Shown: in pieces, positions 56,570-64,000 of the stretch | Layout: every line of letters starts with the position of its first letter | Numbering within the stretch: the stretch's first letter is position 1 | Origin: Deltaproteobacteria bacterium | GTDB taxonomy: Bacteria; Desulfobacterota; Desulfobacteria; Desulfobacterales; QNYZ01 | Length of the DNA stretch: 64,000 nucleotides | Reading direction: 5' to 3' | NCBI GenBank assembly: GCA_003973265.1 | Contig: QNYZ01000058.1 | Coordinates: forward strand, 8,079 to 72,078 | Notes under the pieces: model-generated | What the model saw: only the letters and a program-made list of their open reading frames with translations | Told to the model about the DNA's origin: nothing | The model's database searches: none | Made by a program: the position numbers and the translations under genes

Positions 56570-58492
56570 ATGTCGCAGATAAATTCGCCCGCTGAATTAG
56601 ACGCTTTCAGAAAGGGCATCCTGGCAAAAAGAGATCCTGAAACGCCTTGCATTTCAATTTGTGCGGGTGCCGGATGTATTGCTTCCGGCGCCGATGAAGT
56701 GATCGCCGCATTTGAGGCCGAGATCGGTGCACAAGGGCTGGCGGCGAACGTGGTTACCAAAGGGACGGGATGTCCCGGTTTTTGCGAAAGAGGGCCGATC
56801 GTGGTGATTTATCCCGAGGAGATCTGCTACCTCGGCGTCACCGCTGAAGATGTTCCTGAAATTATAACGGAGACCATCAAAGAGAAGAGGGTGGTTGATC
56901 GCCTGCTTTTTGAAGATCCGGCTACTGGCGAAAAGGCGGTCCATGAGTCGGATATCCCCTTTTACCGGAATCAGGAACGAAACGTTATCTGCAACAATAT
57001 CAAGATCGATTCCAAAAGCATTGACGATTATCTGGCCCTCGATGGCTATTCGGCCCTGGCCAAGGCGCTCACCGGGATGACCGATGAAGAAGTTTTGGAA
57101 GAAGTCAAAAAATCCAATCTTAGAGGGCGGGGTGGTGCCGGGTTTCCCGCAGGGATTAAGTGGGAGGGATCCCGCAACGCGGCTGAGAAGACAAAATACG
57201 TGATCGTCAACGCCGATGAGGGTGACCCGGGGGCCTTTATGGATCGGGCCTTGCTGGAGGGCAATCCGCATTCTATTCTTGAGGGGCTGATTATCGGCGG
57301 CTATGCCATTGGCGCTCATGAGGGCTATATCTATGTACGGCAGGAGTATCCCCTGGCCGTCGAGAATATCACCCTTGCCATCGAGCAGGCAGGCGCATAT
57401 GGTTTGATTGGGAAAAATATTCTTGGGTCCGGATTTGATTTCAAAGTGATCGTGCACCAGGGGGCCGGCGCATTTGTCTGCGGTGAATCGACTGCCTTGA
57501 TGACGGCCCTGGAGGGGCGGGTGGGTGAACCCCGGCCCAAATACGTTCGCTCCAATATCAAGGGGTTGTGGAATCGCCCCAGCGTTCTGAATAATGTGGA
57601 GACCTGGGCCAACGTTCCGTTGATCATCAATAAAGGCGCCGACTGGTTTACCCAAATCGGAACCGAGGGAAGCAAGGGGACAAAGATTTTTTCCCTGGTC
57701 GGCAAGATCAACAACACCGGCCTGGTTGAAGTTCCCATGGGCATCAGCCTGAAAGATATTATTTTCAAGATCGGCGGCGGGATTCCCAATGGCAAGGCTT
57801 TTAAGGCGGTGCAGACCGGTGGCCCCTCGGGCGGATGCATCCCGGCCGACCAGTTGGATTTGGAAGTCGGCTTTGATGAACTGACCCGGGCCGGTTCCAT
57901 GATGGGGTCGGGTGGTATGATCGTCATGGATGAAGATACCTGTATGGTGGATGTGGCCCGGTACTTCATCAATTTTCTGACCGATGAATCGTGCGGTAAG
58001 TGTGTTCCCTGCCGGGAAGGTCTGCGGCAGATGCATAAGATTTTGACCGATATCACAGAGGGAAACGGGAAAGAAGGCGATATTGAGCGGCTGGAGCAGT
58101 TGGCGGAAGCGGCCCGGGAGGCATCCTTGTGTGCGCTGGGTAAGAGCGCGCCAAACCCGTTTTTCAGTACCCTGCGCTATTTCAGAGATGAATACGAGGC
58201 GCATATCAGGGAAAAAAGATGTCCGGCCCTGTCCTGCAAGGAACTGATTGCCTACTATATTGATCCGGATAAGTGCAGAGCCTGTATGATCTGCGCAAGG
58301 AAATGTCCGGTCAATGCGATTGAGGGCGGAAAGAAAACAATCCATGTGGTTGACCAGGAAAAATGTACCCGTTGCGGTACCTGTTTTGAAGTGTGCCCCG
58401 CGCGATTTAATGCGGTAACAAAAATATCCGGTCAGCCGGTTCCGGCGCCGATTCCCGTTAAAGAGCGAACGATCAGCAGAAAGAGTAAATAA
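56570..58492 (+). CDS. bamH: BamH, NuoF-like NAD(H)/FMN/Fe-S subunit
   Basis: N-terminal [2Fe-2S] thioredoxin-like domain, NuoF core (GRGGAGFPAGIKW, NADEGDPGAF, ESCGKCVPCREG) and two C-terminal 4Fe-4S motifs (CRACMICARKCP, CTRCGTCFEVCP). Confidence 0.9.
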   Translation: MSQINSPAELDAFRKGILAKRDPETPCISICAGAGCIASGADEVIAAFEAEIGAQGLAANVVTKGTGCPGFCERGPIVVIYPEEICYLGVTAEDVPEIITETIKEKRVVDRLLFEDPATGEKAVHESDIPFYRNQERNVICNNIKIDSKSIDDYLALDGYSALAKALTGMTDEEVLEEVKKSNLRGRGGAGFPAGIKWEGSRNAAEKTKYVIVNADEGDPGAFMDRALLEGNPHSILEGLIIGGYAIGAHEGYIYVRQEYPLAVENITLAIEQAGAYGLIGKNILGSGFDFKVIVHQGAGAFVCGESTALMTALEGRVGEPRPKYVRSNIKGLWNRPSVLNNVETWANVPLIINKGADWFTQIGTEGSKGTKIFSLVGKINNTGLVEVPMGISLKDIIFKIGGGIPNGKAFKAVQTGGPSGGCIPADQLDLEVGFDELTRAGSMMGSGGMIVMDEDTCMVDVARYFINFLTDESCGKCVPCREGLRQMHKILTDITEGNGKEGDIERLEQLAEAAREASLCALGKSAPNPFFSTLRYFRDEYEAHIREKRCPALSCKELIAYYIDPDKCRACMICARKCPVNAIEGGKKTIHVVDQEKCTRCGTCFEVCPARFNAVTKISGQPVPAPIPVKERTISRKSK

Positions 58493-58496
58493 AAAA

Positions 58497-59090
58497 ATGA
58501 GTGATTTTCATTTAGAGATTGACGGAAACAAGGTGGGCGTAAAAGAGGGAGAGACAATCCTTGAGGCCGCCCAGCAGGCGGGGATATACATCCCTACCCT
58601 TTGTCACCACGAAAAGCTGGAACCGTTTGGCGGCTGCCGGATGTGCATCGTAGAAGTAGAAAGTCGCGGACGCACAAAGCTGGTTGTCTCCTGCGTGTAC
58701 CCGGCCGAAGCCGGTCTGGTCGTCAGAACCCGGTCAGAAAAGATCGATCGCATCCGTAAAACGATTCTGGAGCTGTTAATGGCCCATGCGCCGGATTCGC
58801 CGCCGTTGGTGGCGCTGGCTAAGGAGTATGGTGCCAATAAAGACCAGTTTGAAAAAGAGTCTTCATTCTGCATTCATTGCGGGTTGTGTGTCAGGTATTG
58901 TGAAGAGGTTAAGAAGAATTATGCAGTCGGATTTGTTGACCGGGGCGTACGCAAAGAGATCAGTTTCATTCCGGAGATTGCGGCCAAAGTGTGCAATGAC
59001 TGCAAGGAATGCTTTCCTCTTTGCCCCACATCGTATCTCCAGGCAACATTTGTTTTAACAGAATCTCTTGCGTTTCCAACGGTGCCATAA
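58497..59090 (+). CDS. bamI: BamI, NuoG N-terminal-like [2Fe-2S]/[4Fe-4S] protein
   Basis: Plant-type 2Fe-2S motif (CHHEKLEPFGGCRMC) followed by CIHCGLCVRYC and CNDCKECFPLCP. Confidence 0.85.
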   Translation: MSDFHLEIDGNKVGVKEGETILEAAQQAGIYIPTLCHHEKLEPFGGCRMCIVEVESRGRTKLVVSCVYPAEAGLVVRTRSEKIDRIRKTILELLMAHAPDSPPLVALAKEYGANKDQFEKESSFCIHCGLCVRYCEEVKKNYAVGFVDRGVRKEISFIPEIAAKVCNDCKECFPLCPTSYLQATFVLTESLAFPTVP

Positions 59091-59128
59091 ATCGGCGGCA
59101 TCACCTTGCTTTTCAGGGAATAAACCAG

Positions 59129-59941
59129 TTGAGTGCAGGAAAGAATACTGAATCTTGTCAGGTATATCGGTGCAAAAAGGGCGCCTGCCGGCCGCATGCA
59201 CTTGATTTGATCGGGGAAGAACCGCTTCTGATCCGGATTGATGAAAAGCCCTATTCCGTGGTGATGCGAACCCCGGGAGAAGAACTGTTTCATGCCGCCG
59301 GATTCTGCCTGGGAGAGGGGATTGCGGACACCCCGGATGATTTTGCCGCCATCGGGTATTGTAAAGATCTCGATCCGAATGTGATTGATGTCCGGCTGAC
59401 GCCCAAACGGCGTGAACAGATACCGGATCTTCTTAAACGGCGGGGCTTTGTCAGCCAGACCAGTTGCGGTATCTGCGGCAAGGAGATGGTCAAGGATCTG
59501 TACCAGATATTGACACCGGCAGCAGATGGCTACCAGGTGAAGATTGGCCGGATTTTTGACTGTATCGAAAAGCTGTCCGACAATCAGAGCTACTATCAGA
59601 CTACCCGGGGGTCTCACGCGGCCATTATTTTTAACGACCAGCTGGAAATGATTTCTTTTGCCGAGGATGTCGGTCGGCATAACGCGCTGGATAAAACCAT
59701 CGGCAAGGCGTTCATGGCCCGGAAGTTATCTGCGGCCAGTATACTGGTCATCACCTCCCGGCTCAGTTATGAACTGGTTCAACGCGCCGCCCGGGCGCAC
59801 CTGCCGATGATGATCAGTAATTCGCGTCCCACCGCACTGGCCGCTGAGATGGGGCGGGCGCTGAACATGACCCTGGCTTTTCCGGCCAAAAAATCTGAAT
59901 TGATCATCGTTTGCGGCCAGGATCGCATCGTGATAGAATAA
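59129..59941 (+). CDS. fdhD: FdhD-like sulfurtransferase (formate dehydrogenase accessory family); start uncertain
   Basis: LIGEEPLLIRIDEKPYSVVMRTPGEELFHAAGFCLGEGI, the Cys loop SQTSCGICG, and GRHNALDK. The listed start 59009 would overlap bamI by 82 nt. TTG 59129 with AGGGA upstream gives about 270 aa, the usual FdhD length. Confidence 0.75.
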   Translation: MSAGKNTESCQVYRCKKGACRPHALDLIGEEPLLIRIDEKPYSVVMRTPGEELFHAAGFCLGEGIADTPDDFAAIGYCKDLDPNVIDVRLTPKRREQIPDLLKRRGFVSQTSCGICGKEMVKDLYQILTPAADGYQVKIGRIFDCIEKLSDNQSYYQTTRGSHAAIIFNDQLEMISFAEDVGRHNALDKTIGKAFMARKLSAASILVITSRLSYELVQRAARAHLPMMISNSRPTALAAEMGRALNMTLAFPAKKSELIIVCGQDRIVIE

Positions 59942-59973
59942 AATGATAAAAAGCAATCATACAGGAGGACGCT

Positions 59974-60756
59974 GTGAAGATTCTCACAACTGTTAAAAAA
60001 GTAGTGGATGTTGAACTGAACATGCACGTCAAGGATGGCGCGCTGGTTGAAGACGGGATGCAATATGTCACCAACGCCTGGGATGAAAATGCGGTGGAAA
60101 CGGCGTCCCAGTTGAAAGAAAACAACGGGGCGGAAACCACACTGGTGAGCATCGGCGGCGGAGATAACACCGATATTATCCGCCGATGCTATGCCATGGG
60201 TATTGAAAACGGCATCCATGTCGATGATCCGGCACTGGAAAAGGCCGATTCATCAATCTATGCGAAAGTACTGCAAAAAGTGTATGAAGCGGGCGACTAC
60301 GACCTTGTCATTACCGGCAAGCAGGCCCAGGATACGGACAGCGGCCAGACGGGCATTATCCTGGCCGAATATCTGGGACTGCCGTGTGTCAGCAATGTCA
60401 TCGCCCTGGAAGTGATCGATGACCAGCATATCAAAGTGTCCAGGTCCGGGGATACCGGAACCGAGATCGTTGAATTAACGCTACCGGCCGTTATTTCGGT
60501 CGATGTCAGCATCAATGAACCGCGGCTGCCCCAGATGCGGGGCATCATGATGGCTAAGAAAAAGAAGATTACGGAGATGGATCTGGCGGCCCTGGGTACA
60601 TCGGCCGATGAAGTCGGCGCCGATGCTCCCAAATCGGAAATTATCGAATTTATGGCATCCCAGTCGCGCCAGGCCGGGCAGAAATTTGAAGGCGATGCTG
60701 CTGAAATTACCGCCAAAGTGGTCGATCTCCTGGCCAACGAAGCCAAGGTTATCTAG
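59974..60756 (+). CDS. etfB: Electron transfer flavoprotein beta subunit
   Basis: GTG start with AGGAGGA upstream. MKILTTVKKVVD N-terminus, with LVITGKQAQDTDSGQTG and EPRLPQMRGIMMAKKK typical of EtfB. Confidence 0.9.
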   Translation: MKILTTVKKVVDVELNMHVKDGALVEDGMQYVTNAWDENAVETASQLKENNGAETTLVSIGGGDNTDIIRRCYAMGIENGIHVDDPALEKADSSIYAKVLQKVYEAGDYDLVITGKQAQDTDSGQTGIILAEYLGLPCVSNVIALEVIDDQHIKVSRSGDTGTEIVELTLPAVISVDVSINEPRLPQMRGIMMAKKKKITEMDLAALGTSADEVGADAPKSEIIEFMASQSRQAGQKFEGDAAEITAKVVDLLANEAKVI

Positions 60757-60819
60757 CTTGCGAAGATTATTTGAGATCAGTATTTGACACGAAAACGATT
60801 TAGATAAGGAAAACATATC

Positions 60820-61785
60820 ATGGCTAAAGTACTCGTCGTTGCGGAAATCAAGCAGGGTGTGCTGAAAAGCAGTACGCCCGAACTGTTATCAAAAGCAAGA
60901 GCCATTGGTGCTTCGACCGCCGTGGTGGCCATTGGAAGCAATATTGAATCGCTTGTCCCTGAACTGGCAGGTGCCGGATCTGACACCCAGTATATTGCCG
61001 ATGATCCCGGCCTGGAGCTGTTTTCGGCCGGACCGGTTGCGGCATGCGTGGTGGATGCGGCCAGGCAATTCGGGGCCAGTCTGATCTGGTTCGGTTTTTC
61101 TGAAAGCAGTAAAGCGGTGGCGCCGCGGGTGGCCGCCCAGCTGGATGCGGCCTGTGCCACCGAAATCAACGATATCTCGCTCAATGGAGATCAGATCGAG
61201 GTCATCCGGCCCGCCATCACCAATAAGGTGATGCAGCGTGTTAAGGTCAATACTGAGAAACTGGTAGCAGTTGTCAGAGCCGGTGCATTTGAGGCGACGG
61301 AAGGGATCTCCGGAACGGAGAATGTCGTTAAACTCTCCCCGCCCGAGATGGATTTAAAAGCATTGGTCAGGGAAATATTAACGGATGCGAGCGGAGAGAT
61401 TGACCTGGCCGATGCCGATATTGTTGTTTCAGTCGGGAGAGGCGCCAAAGACCAGGCCGGCATTGACCTGGTAAGGGGGCTGGCCGATGATTTACACGCC
61501 GGCTTCGGCTCTTCCCGTGCCATGGTTGACGGCGGGTTCATGGCGCACAACAAGCAGGTGGGCCAGACCGGGAAAATTGTTGCCCCGACCTTGTATATGG
61601 CCATCGGCATCTCGGGGGCCATTCAGCATCTGGCCGGGATGAGCGGTTCAAAGGTGATCCTGGCGGTGAATAAAGATCCCGAAGCACCGATCTTTAACGT
61701 AGCGGATTATGGCATTGTCGGTGACCTCTTCGAGGTCGTACCGATCCTGCAGGAAGAGATCCGTAAAATTAAAGCTAAGCAATGA
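60820..61785 (+). CDS. etfA: Electron transfer flavoprotein alpha subunit
   Basis: C-terminal FAD-binding signature VSVGRGA...SRAMVDGGF...QVGQTGKIVAPTLYMAIGISGAIQHLAGM. Confidence 0.9.
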   Translation: MAKVLVVAEIKQGVLKSSTPELLSKARAIGASTAVVAIGSNIESLVPELAGAGSDTQYIADDPGLELFSAGPVAACVVDAARQFGASLIWFGFSESSKAVAPRVAAQLDAACATEINDISLNGDQIEVIRPAITNKVMQRVKVNTEKLVAVVRAGAFEATEGISGTENVVKLSPPEMDLKALVREILTDASGEIDLADADIVVSVGRGAKDQAGIDLVRGLADDLHAGFGSSRAMVDGGFMAHNKQVGQTGKIVAPTLYMAIGISGAIQHLAGMSGSKVILAVNKDPEAPIFNVADYGIVGDLFEVVPILQEEIRKIKAKQ

Positions 61786-61814
61786 GACTTAAAAAACAAT
61801 GCTGGTACGGCTGC

Positions 61815-61841
61815 GGGCTGTCAACAAATCCTTGACAGCCC
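61815..61841 (+). terminator. Perfect 10-bp stem-loop after etfA (possible terminator or attenuator)
   Basis: GGGCTGTCAA-CAAATCC-TTGACAGCCC, followed by GTTCTCCTT. The U-tract is weak, so function as a terminator is uncertain. Confidence 0.35.
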
Positions 61842-61947
61842 GTTCTCCTTACGGTAGGGGGAAGCGGCAATTGGAGCCGACAGGTAGCGTGTCCGCATAT
61901 GACGGTCATATGAGTACGCATTTAAAGCTAAAAAAGGTGGGGTTGCT

Positions 61948-64000
61948 GTGAATCCTCTTCTGATGTCCCTTCTTCTTATTATTGCCCTGGTGGTGTTCGG
62001 ACGAACCATGTATACCCGGATCCGGTTGCTGATGGCGCTGGAACCGGCCGATCGATTCGATCAGATCACCCGGCGTTTAAAAAGTGTGGCGGTTTTTGCC
62101 CTGGGACAAAAGCGCCTGGTGGGAAGAAAAAAAGAACGCCTGTCCGGCGTGATGCATGCATTTATCTTCTGGGGCTTTTGCGTGCTGCTCATCCGCAGCC
62201 TGAATATCTATGGTGAAGCCTTTGTCAGAGGCTTTCATCTGCCACTGCTCGGGGATCATTCGCTGCTGGGCTACCTGTATGTTTTTTTGAAAGATATCGT
62301 CGAGGGCATTGTTTTATTGATGGTGATCCTGGCCCTGTACCGCAGGGCGGTAATCAAACCCAAAAGGCTCCACAATTCATGGGAGGCGTATCTGGTCCTC
62401 GGTCTGATCGGGGTATTGATGATTTCCGATCTATTGGTCGACGGAGCCCGTTACAATCTCATCTCACTTTACAACAACCCCGGGCATCTGGATTTTTTCA
62501 ACAATCCCCGGTTTGGGTCCGAATTTAACTGGACACCGATTTCCGTACTGGCGGGGAAACTAATTTCGCCGCTGGGGGCCGGTGCCAACCGGGTAATCAT
62601 GACGATGATGTTCTGGCTGCACATCATCACCCAGTTGACTTTTCTAAATATCCTCCCACTGGGCAAACATTTTCATGTCATCACTGCGCTGCCCAATGTG
62701 TTCTTTAAAAGCCTGGACTATCCCCACGAAAAAACAAAACTTCTCGACCTGGAAGATGAATCGGTCTGGGAAGATGAGTCGCTGGGTATCAACCATATTC
62801 ACCAGCTGAACTGGAAACAGGGCCTCGACCTTTACACCTGTACCGAGTGTGGCCGCTGCAAGGAAGTATGCCCTACCTACACCACCGACAAGCCTTTGAA
62901 CCTGTTTGATTTTAATATGCAGTTGAAAGAGGAGCTGCTGGAGAATACGGATAACCTGATTAAAAGAGCAGCACTGGCCAACACCCTCCCGTCGGACGGT
63001 GATGCTGAAAATACGGAAAAAATAAAAGCGGAAATGGCCGGGCTCAACAGCCAGAAACAGCTGGTGGGGGATGTGATCGCCGAAGACACCCTCTGGGCGT
63101 GTACGACCTGCCGGGCCTGTGAAGAAGTCTGTCCGGTAACGATCGAGCATGTACCCCGCATTGTGGGCATGCGTCAGGGACAGACCCTGATGGCGGGCGT
63201 CTATCCTGATGAACTGAATGTGGCCCTCAAGGGTCTTGAACGAAACGGCAACCCCTGGGGAATCGGCTATGACAAGCGTGCTGACTGGGCCGAAGGCCTC
63301 GGTGTCAAGATGATGGCCGATGATGCCGATGTCGACTACCTGCTGTGGGTGGGATGCGCCGGTTCCTTTGACGACCGTGCCAAAAAGGTGTCAACCAGTC
63401 TGGTCAAAATCCTGCAGAAAGCCGAGGTTGATTTTGCCATCCTGGGCGTTGAGGAAAAATGTACCGGTGACTTCGCCCGGCGGGTCGGCAATGAAATGAT
63501 GTATCAGATGATGGCCCAGGAAAATATTGAAACCCTGAACAGTTACCAGGTTAAAAAAATTATCACGGCCTGCCCGCATTGCCTCAACACCCTGAAGCAT
63601 GAATACCCCCAAATGGGCGGAAACTACGAGGTCGTCCACCATACCGAGTTCATTTACCAATTGGTAAAGACCGGTAAGATCACCTTGAATTCGTCGCTGG
63701 GCGGAGCGCTGACCTACCATGATCCCTGTTATCTGGGGCGCTACAACGCCGTTTATGATCAACCCCGCTCAATTTTGCAGTCGATTTCGAAGAACGGCCT
63801 GACGGAGCTGGATCGGCATGGCCCGGAAAGTTTCTGCTGCGGTGCCGGTGGGGGCCGAATGTGGATGGAAGAAACCATTGGTAAAAGAATCAATGAAGAA
63901 CGCGCTGGAGAGATTGTTTCAAAGCAGGTGGCGAATGTGGCGGTAGGCTGCCCGTTCTGCCTGACGATGATTGAAGACGGCATGAAAGAGTTAGGTAAAG
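61948..64000 (+). CDS. Membrane-anchored Fe-S oxidoreductase (N-terminal multi-TM domain, 2x[4Fe-4S], two CCG domains; HdrD/DsrK/GlpC-like, Etf-associated type), 3'-truncated by the window edge
   Basis: This gene is not in the supplied ORF track. My manual translation from GTG 61948 (AAGGTGG upstream; alternative ATG 61963) is open to position 64000. It shows hydrophobic helices, then CTECGRCKEVCP and CTTCRACEEVCP, then CCG-domain motifs (WVGCAG, ACPHCLNTL, DPCYLGR, FCCGAGGG, VGCPFCL). Confidence 0.85.
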   Translation, partial: MNPLLMSLLLIIALVVFGRTMYTRIRLLMALEPADRFDQITRRLKSVAVFALGQKRLVGRKKERLSGVMHAFIFWGFCVLLIRSLNIYGEAFVRGFHLPLLGDHSLLGYLYVFLKDIVEGIVLLMVILALYRRAVIKPKRLHNSWEAYLVLGLIGVLMISDLLVDGARYNLISLYNNPGHLDFFNNPRFGSEFNWTPISVLAGKLISPLGAGANRVIMTMMFWLHIITQLTFLNILPLGKHFHVITALPNVFFKSLDYPHEKTKLLDLEDESVWEDESLGINHIHQLNWKQGLDLYTCTECGRCKEVCPTYTTDKPLNLFDFNMQLKEELLENTDNLIKRAALANTLPSDGDAENTEKIKAEMAGLNSQKQLVGDVIAEDTLWACTTCRACEEVCPVTIEHVPRIVGMRQGQTLMAGVYPDELNVALKGLERNGNPWGIGYDKRADWAEGLGVKMMADDADVDYLLWVGCAGSFDDRAKKVSTSLVKILQKAEVDFAILGVEEKCTGDFARRVGNEMMYQMMAQENIETLNSYQVKKIITACPHCLNTLKHEYPQMGGNYEVVHHTEFIYQLVKTGKITLNSSLGGALTYHDPCYLGRYNAVYDQPRSILQSISKNGLTELDRHGPESFCCGAGGGRMWMEETIGKRINEERAGEIVSKQVANVAVGCPFCLTMIEDGMKELGK

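Noticed and set aside
56654-58345. 563-aa ORF antisense to bamH
   Set aside because: The reasoning is the same as for the secA shadow ORF. The sense strand encodes a clear NuoF-like protein with all cofactor motifs, and the antisense product has no recognisable features.
59009-59128. Annotated ATG start of fdhD overlapping bamI by 82 nt
   Set aside because: The extra 40 residues have no counterpart in the FdhD family as I recall it, and the overlap is unusually long. The internal TTG 59129, with an upstream AGGGA, gives a typical length. This remains unresolved.

Overview
This window looks like chromosomal DNA from an anaerobic Desulfobacterota (deltaproteobacterial) organism; that taxonomic call is inferred from gene content only. 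I found no mobile elements, rRNA genes or CRISPR arrays.

Positions 1-44,000 are densely packed housekeeping genes:
- livG/livF tail and a cytochrome bd operon (Rrf2 regulator, DUF4492-like protein, cydA, cydB, plus a small unlisted membrane ORF)
- an SbcCD-like nuclease pair, yaaA, hflX, dnaB and the rpsF-rpsR-DUF2232-rplI block
- xerD, an M24 peptidase, a Fur-FeoA fusion, rsmG and tRNA-Arg(UCU)
- rpoH translationally coupled to a TPR lipoprotein and a LolB-like lipoprotein
- an ATP-grasp/dGTPase-like pair, folD, an M23 peptidase, secA, clpS-clpA-aat, mtnA, an Lrp regulator and panB
- a 420-aa protein I cannot place, a repeat-rich peptidoglycan-binding protein and a radical SAM protein

Positions 44,000-64,000 are the most notable region. 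They hold an apparently complete anaerobic benzoyl-CoA ring-reduction and ring-cleavage locus:
- had (bamQ) and oah (bamA)
- two protein-acetyltransferase-like GNAT genes
- the class II tungsten/selenium benzoyl-CoA reductase genes bamBCDEFGHI
- an fdhD-like gene, etfBA, and a membrane-anchored Fe-S oxidoreductase that runs off the window end

The ORF track misrepresents three of these genes. bamE is split by an in-frame TGA at 52315-52317. bamF loses its N-terminus at a TGA at 55331-55333. Both TGAs sit where canonical HdrA and MvhD have a conserved Cys, so I read them as selenocysteine. The terminal Fe-S oxidoreductase (61948 onward) is missing from the track altogether.

Other observations:
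- a palindromic motif shared by the had and bamB promoters
- three intergenic tandem-repeat arrays with 19-, 16- and 9-bp units
- an AT-rich island with a perfect 13-bp hairpin
- several start-codon corrections

All functional calls come from recognising motifs by eye in the translations; no database search was run.
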